IMG/VR virus record: IMGVR_UViG_3300020049_012467
Reading direction: 5' to 3' (one strand)
Length of the DNA: 60,980 nucleotides
From: an uncultured virus (IMG/VR IMGVR_UViG_3300020049_012467)
Taxonomy: Duplodnaviria > Heunggongvirae > Uroviricota > Caudoviricetes
In this document: positions 57,679 through 60,980 of the stretch, piece after piece
Layout of the letters: the number at the start of each line of letters is the position of its first letter
Numbering within the stretch: position 1 is the first letter of the stretch
Translations under genes and position numbers: made by a program
Notes under the pieces: model-generated
Databases searched by the model: none
Told to the model about the DNA's origin: nothing
What the model saw: the letters and a program-made list of their open reading frames with translations, nothing else

Positions 57679-57897
57679 ATGAGCCGCCCCAAAGCAAGAT
57701 ACATTCTTGAGCGCGACAAGGGCCGCGCCTCTGACTCTGACATTGTGGTGCATGACGAAGCCCACTACGTCAAACCGGCGCCCAAATCGAACGTGCTGAA
57801 AAATCTCGGCTGCTTTCTCATGGGAGCAATCTTTGCGTTAGTCGTTGTGTCCATTGCAATGGGCGTAGTCACTGCCGCCATCTTTGCCGTTGGCTAG
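57679..57897 (+). CDS. Small membrane protein
   Basis: C-terminal TM segment. Confidence 0.55.
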   Translation: MSRPKARYILERDKGRASDSDIVVHDEAHYVKPAPKSNVLKNLGCFLMGAIFALVVVSIAMGVVTAAIFAVG

Positions 57898-57905
57898 AGG
57901 AAAAA

Positions 57906-58274
57906 ATGAAACGCATTGGACGAATTGGCGACTTTGCTCGCAGGCGCGCCAAACGCAACATGGCGACGGAAGTCGAAGGCGGCGCTGTCAAATTGCGCAA
58001 GCCCTTCGGCTACAAAGACCCACTGATGGCAGGAGCGTTCTCCGGGTTCATTGCCTACGCCGCCACCAATCCGGATATCGTGAGGGACTTTGAGAAAAAG
58101 ACTGGAATAAAATTTCCCTTCAAGCAGGGCAAGGACGTGGAGAACATCATTGATCGCATGATTGATGAAGCCTGCGGCGTAGAGCCGGGAACACTGACGC
58201 ACAAGCAGATACACGAAATATTCGACCGGTGGGTAAACTACCTCATCGCGAACTGGTGGGGTGAATCCGAATGA
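57906..58274 (+). CDS. Hypothetical protein
   Basis: GAGG RBS. Confidence 0.65.
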   Translation: MKRIGRIGDFARRRAKRNMATEVEGGAVKLRKPFGYKDPLMAGAFSGFIAYAATNPDIVRDFEKKTGIKFPFKQGKDVENIIDRMIDEACGVEPGTLTHKQIHEIFDRWVNYLIANWWGESE

Positions 58275-58858
58275 ATGAATACGAACGTCTAATCGAAAAA
58301 ATGCTGAGTCCGGAAGCAAAACGTTGGCTAGCAATACCGCCCCGCATCCCTGCGAGAGTTGAGTGCCAACCTATGACAGAAACCGAAAAGGCGTATATCG
58401 CTGGGTTGGTCGACGGGGAAGCCCATGTTGGCATACATCCAACTACTTCGAAAACCGGAAGATCGTACTCCAGTGTCGTTCGTATAAAAATGACAGACTA
58501 CGTTATTTTACATTGGCTTCGCGAAGTAACTGGCCTCGGCGTTGTTCATAAAACAATGAAGCGTGAGAAGGCACATCACAAAGACAGGGCCACTTGGCAG
58601 GTCAGCGGCCATCAAGCCTTAGCTTTCTTGCGAGAAATATTACCGTATCTGAAAATCAAGGCACGAGCCGCGTCCAACGCAATTCTTCTTCAAGAAGTAA
58701 ATGGGAGGTATAGAGGCGGGGGCGCCAAGCTGACAAAAAGCGAACGTGCTGTGAGAGATTTTTTATTCACGCGTTCTCGCATTTTGACCAACCACTCCAA
58801 TCGATACGAAGGTCATCCAATCTTGGAGTTTGACCAACGTTGGCGAGGCGTCGAATGA
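58271..58858 (+). mobile_element. Single-motif LAGLIDADG homing endonuclease
   Basis: AYIAGLVDGEAHV...IKMTD...G.V...W.V...A..FL.EILPYLKIK; atypical codons. Confidence 0.85.
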
Positions 58859-59460
58859 GTCAGATCAGGGTCGCAGTCACAGGCGGACGGGATTATGGTC
58901 GCTATGATCCGACCGTTCCCGCCAAGCTGAAGAAGAAGCGCAGCCGCGAGTTTGATTACGTCTGGAAATATCTGGACAGGTTCAAACAGCGCAACGCGCA
59001 TCACGAACTGCGATTCTGTGTAGGGGATGCGACCGGAGTCGACTCTGTCGTGCGCGACTGGTGCATCGAGAATGGCGTTCGCTGTAAACGCTTCAAGGCC
59101 AATTGGAAAAAATTCGGCAAGTCCGCAGGCCCACGACGCAACCGCCGCATGCTGGACAAGTTCAAGCCGACAATGCTTCTGGAATTCCCCGGCGGGTCTG
59201 GAACGGCCAACTGCGTGGCTGAAGCCCGCAAGCGCGAAATCATTGTCTATCGGCAGCCGGGCATTATGCCTGACCACGCCAAACGTGAAGCCAAGAAGAA
59301 AAAATTGAAGAAGGGAAAGAAGAATGCCGCACTCGACAAAGGAAGTTCACACAAGCGAAGCCGAGGGGGAGGCGCTGAAACTGCCGCTCGCAAAGCCGCA
59401 GCAGTACATGTGCCGAAAACACGGCAACATCGGAAGAAATTATTTCAGGTTCGAGACTGA
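58855..59460 (+). CDS. DUF2493 / YspA-SLOG family protein
   Basis: VAVTGGRDY...GDATGVD...ANWKKFGKSAGPRRN..M...FPGGSGTANC. Confidence 0.85.
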   Translation: MSQIRVAVTGGRDYGRYDPTVPAKLKKKRSREFDYVWKYLDRFKQRNAHHELRFCVGDATGVDSVVRDWCIENGVRCKRFKANWKKFGKSAGPRRNRRMLDKFKPTMLLEFPGGSGTANCVAEARKREIIVYRQPGIMPDHAKREAKKKKLKKGKKNAALDKGSSHKRSRGGGAETAARKAAAVHVPKTRQHRKKLFQVRD

Positions 59461-59584
59461 CGTTGGCTACACAGACTACAAGCAGACGCTTCATTGCGGT
59501 TTCTGCTTTCGCGAAATGCTGGACGCCAACTGCGAACGTGCAATTCCAATCCCTGAGCCTGTGGAACCGTACGTCGGCGGCTGA
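59324..59584 (+). CDS. Small Cys/His protein overlapping the SLOG tail
   Basis: CRKHG...CGFC; AAGGG RBS. Confidence 0.5.
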   Translation: MPHSTKEVHTSEAEGEALKLPLAKPQQYMCRKHGNIGRNYFRFETDVGYTDYKQTLHCGFCFREMLDANCERAIPIPEPVEPYVGG

Positions 59585-59623
59585 ACCCTAATTTGCCCGT
59601 AAAGCGGCTTGTCAGGAAAATTC

Positions 59624-60980
59624 ATGTCTATCAAACCATTTTCTGAAGTTGGGCGTCTAGCAGCCATGGCGACGGGGGCTTCCCTGATCGCCATGGCTGC
59701 TTCTGGCGTTTTGGCCCCAATGGCCGATAGTGGTGGAATTATTTCTGGCACCAATCAAGGCGACACATCGACGCTTGATCAGCTTTTGGAAAAATTGCCG
59801 GAAACAGCCGCTCTCTACGACCCCTCCGACCTCACGAGTCTGTACCAGTCCCGCACGGGCGGAGCGAACGCGACGCCCGGCTCTGTCGTCGGCATCATGC
59901 TCGACACGAGAAAAATGGGCGGACAGACGGCGGCGGACTTCATTGCGGAGCAGCCGGAGAAACTTTCTGGTTCTTGGAGCATGTCAACAAGCGGAGGGAC
60001 CGCAACGGCGACGGAAAGTCCCTCTGGCACACTCAACCTCACAGGGGATGGCACAAACAGTGGTCTGGCCGACAAGTCATTCACCAGTGTCGCAAATAGC
60101 TGGTACATAATTACTTTCACAGTCGGAACGGCGCAGATTATTTTCAGAGCCGGAACGTCTCAAGGCGGTTCGCAACTTCTGACGGGCGCAGCATACAACG
60201 TTGGCTCCAACACTGTATTAATTAGAGCGACTACCACGACAACGTGGTTACGATTCAACCGGCAGACAGCAAGCCTGAGCGTTGCGTCTGGTGTATCAGT
60301 CAAAGAAATTCCCGGTTACCACGCCGTTGCTCCATCAGATGCAGCGCGTTCGGTATGCGCGTGCGAACCGGCAGGTGGACGCCGAAATATTCTGATTTAT
60401 TCTGAAGATTTTAGTAATGCGGCGTGGATAAAATCGCGGGCAACTATAGTGCCCAACGCTACTGCGGCCCCTGACGGTACAATCACTGCAACAAAACTGG
60501 TTGAGGATAGTTCTGTTGGCTTAACACATCGTGTTTATCAATCAGTCGATAAACCAACGTCATCTGCAATTACCTACACCGCTTCGATCTATGCTAAAGC
60601 GGCTGAGCGTAATTTCATATCTGTAAAGCTCTCAGACAACACGGAGACTGATCAGGTCCGGGTTGCCGTGAACCTGACAACCGGCGAACTCTCGGCAATT
60701 GGCGGAAGTGGTTTCACAGCAGCCTCCGCAACAGCAGAGGCGTTTGAAAACGGCTGGTGGCGTATCCGCCTGACAGCCACTTCCGATAGTGACTCAAAAA
60801 TTGTATTGTTCGCGCAAATTGCGGATACCTTGTCGTCATCCGGCGCATACAACGGTGACGGCGCATCTGGAATCTACATTTGGGGCGGTCAAAACGAAAC
60901 TGGTTCCGCCGCAACTGCTTATCAGAAAGTCGTTTCGTCCGATCAAGTCACTGAAGCAGAAGTCAACACCAAATATTTCT
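59624..60980 (+). CDS. Partial fibre/spike (receptor-binding or head-fibre) protein running off the right edge
   Basis: Not in the track. Read by hand: MSIKPFSE...LYDPSDLTSLYQ...VGIMLD...RNILIYSEDFSNAAW...APDGT.TA.KL...YTASIYAKA...NGWWRI...GIYIWGGQ.ETGS.ATAYQ. Confidence 0.8.
   Translation, partial: MSIKPFSEVGRLAAMATGASLIAMAASGVLAPMADSGGIISGTNQGDTSTLDQLLEKLPETAALYDPSDLTSLYQSRTGGANATPGSVVGIMLDTRKMGGQTAADFIAEQPEKLSGSWSMSTSGGTATATESPSGTLNLTGDGTNSGLADKSFTSVANSWYIITFTVGTAQIIFRAGTSQGGSQLLTGAAYNVGSNTVLIRATTTTTWLRFNRQTASLSVASGVSVKEIPGYHAVAPSDAARSVCACEPAGGRRNILIYSEDFSNAAWIKSRATIVPNATAAPDGTITATKLVEDSSVGLTHRVYQSVDKPTSSAITYTASIYAKAAERNFISVKLSDNTETDQVRVAVNLTTGELSAIGGSGFTAASATAEAFENGWWRIRLTATSDSDSKIVLFAQIADTLSSSGAYNGDGASGIYIWGGQNETGSAATAYQKVVSSDQVTEAEVNTKYF

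Noticed and set aside
59324..59460. Programmed overlap between the SLOG tail and the next gene
   Set aside because: Most simply a run-on low-complexity tail after loss of a stop; nothing suggests function.
1..60980. Stop-codon reassignment
   Set aside because: Recognisable genes are full length under the standard code, and TAA, TAG and TGA all serve as stops.

Overview
A ~61 kb slice of a large, GC-rich dsDNA bacteriophage genome, probably jumbo-sized. The host is probably an alphaproteobacterium; that is an inference. The standard genetic code fits, and I saw no tRNA or CRISPR array. Layout: a partial virion-type gene (-), a short + block with a RuvC-like resolvase, then a ~16 kb - strand block (primase, Mre11/SbcD, holin-like, NAD ligase, acidic protein, dTMP kinase, SWIM, Cas4-like nuclease, UDG-like). 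A divergent intergenic region with GCGAAGC mini-hairpins follows. The long + block holds a clamp loader, NYN, Rad50/SbcC, three very basic modular proteins, many small accessory genes, class II RNR, a PDG-like glycosylase, a DNA MTase, a Tad2-like protein, SLOG and the start of a fibre gene, with four free-standing homing endonucleases. Most striking unexplained signals: (1) short A-then-T tracts (AAAATATT/AAAAAATT-like) written into coding sequence at a quasi-regular ~140-170 bp spacing across the window, alongside H1-like basic proteins and long acidic proteins, a candidate phage chromatin/DNA-organisation code; (2) an HNH gene that split a DUF4031 gene and carries a recoded replacement 5' end; (3) polyprotein-like basic proteins with repeated NLAAL/E-x-A linkers; (4) three clusters of hairpins with C-rich loops (candidate sRNAs). 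All protein calls come from motifs read by eye; no database search was run.
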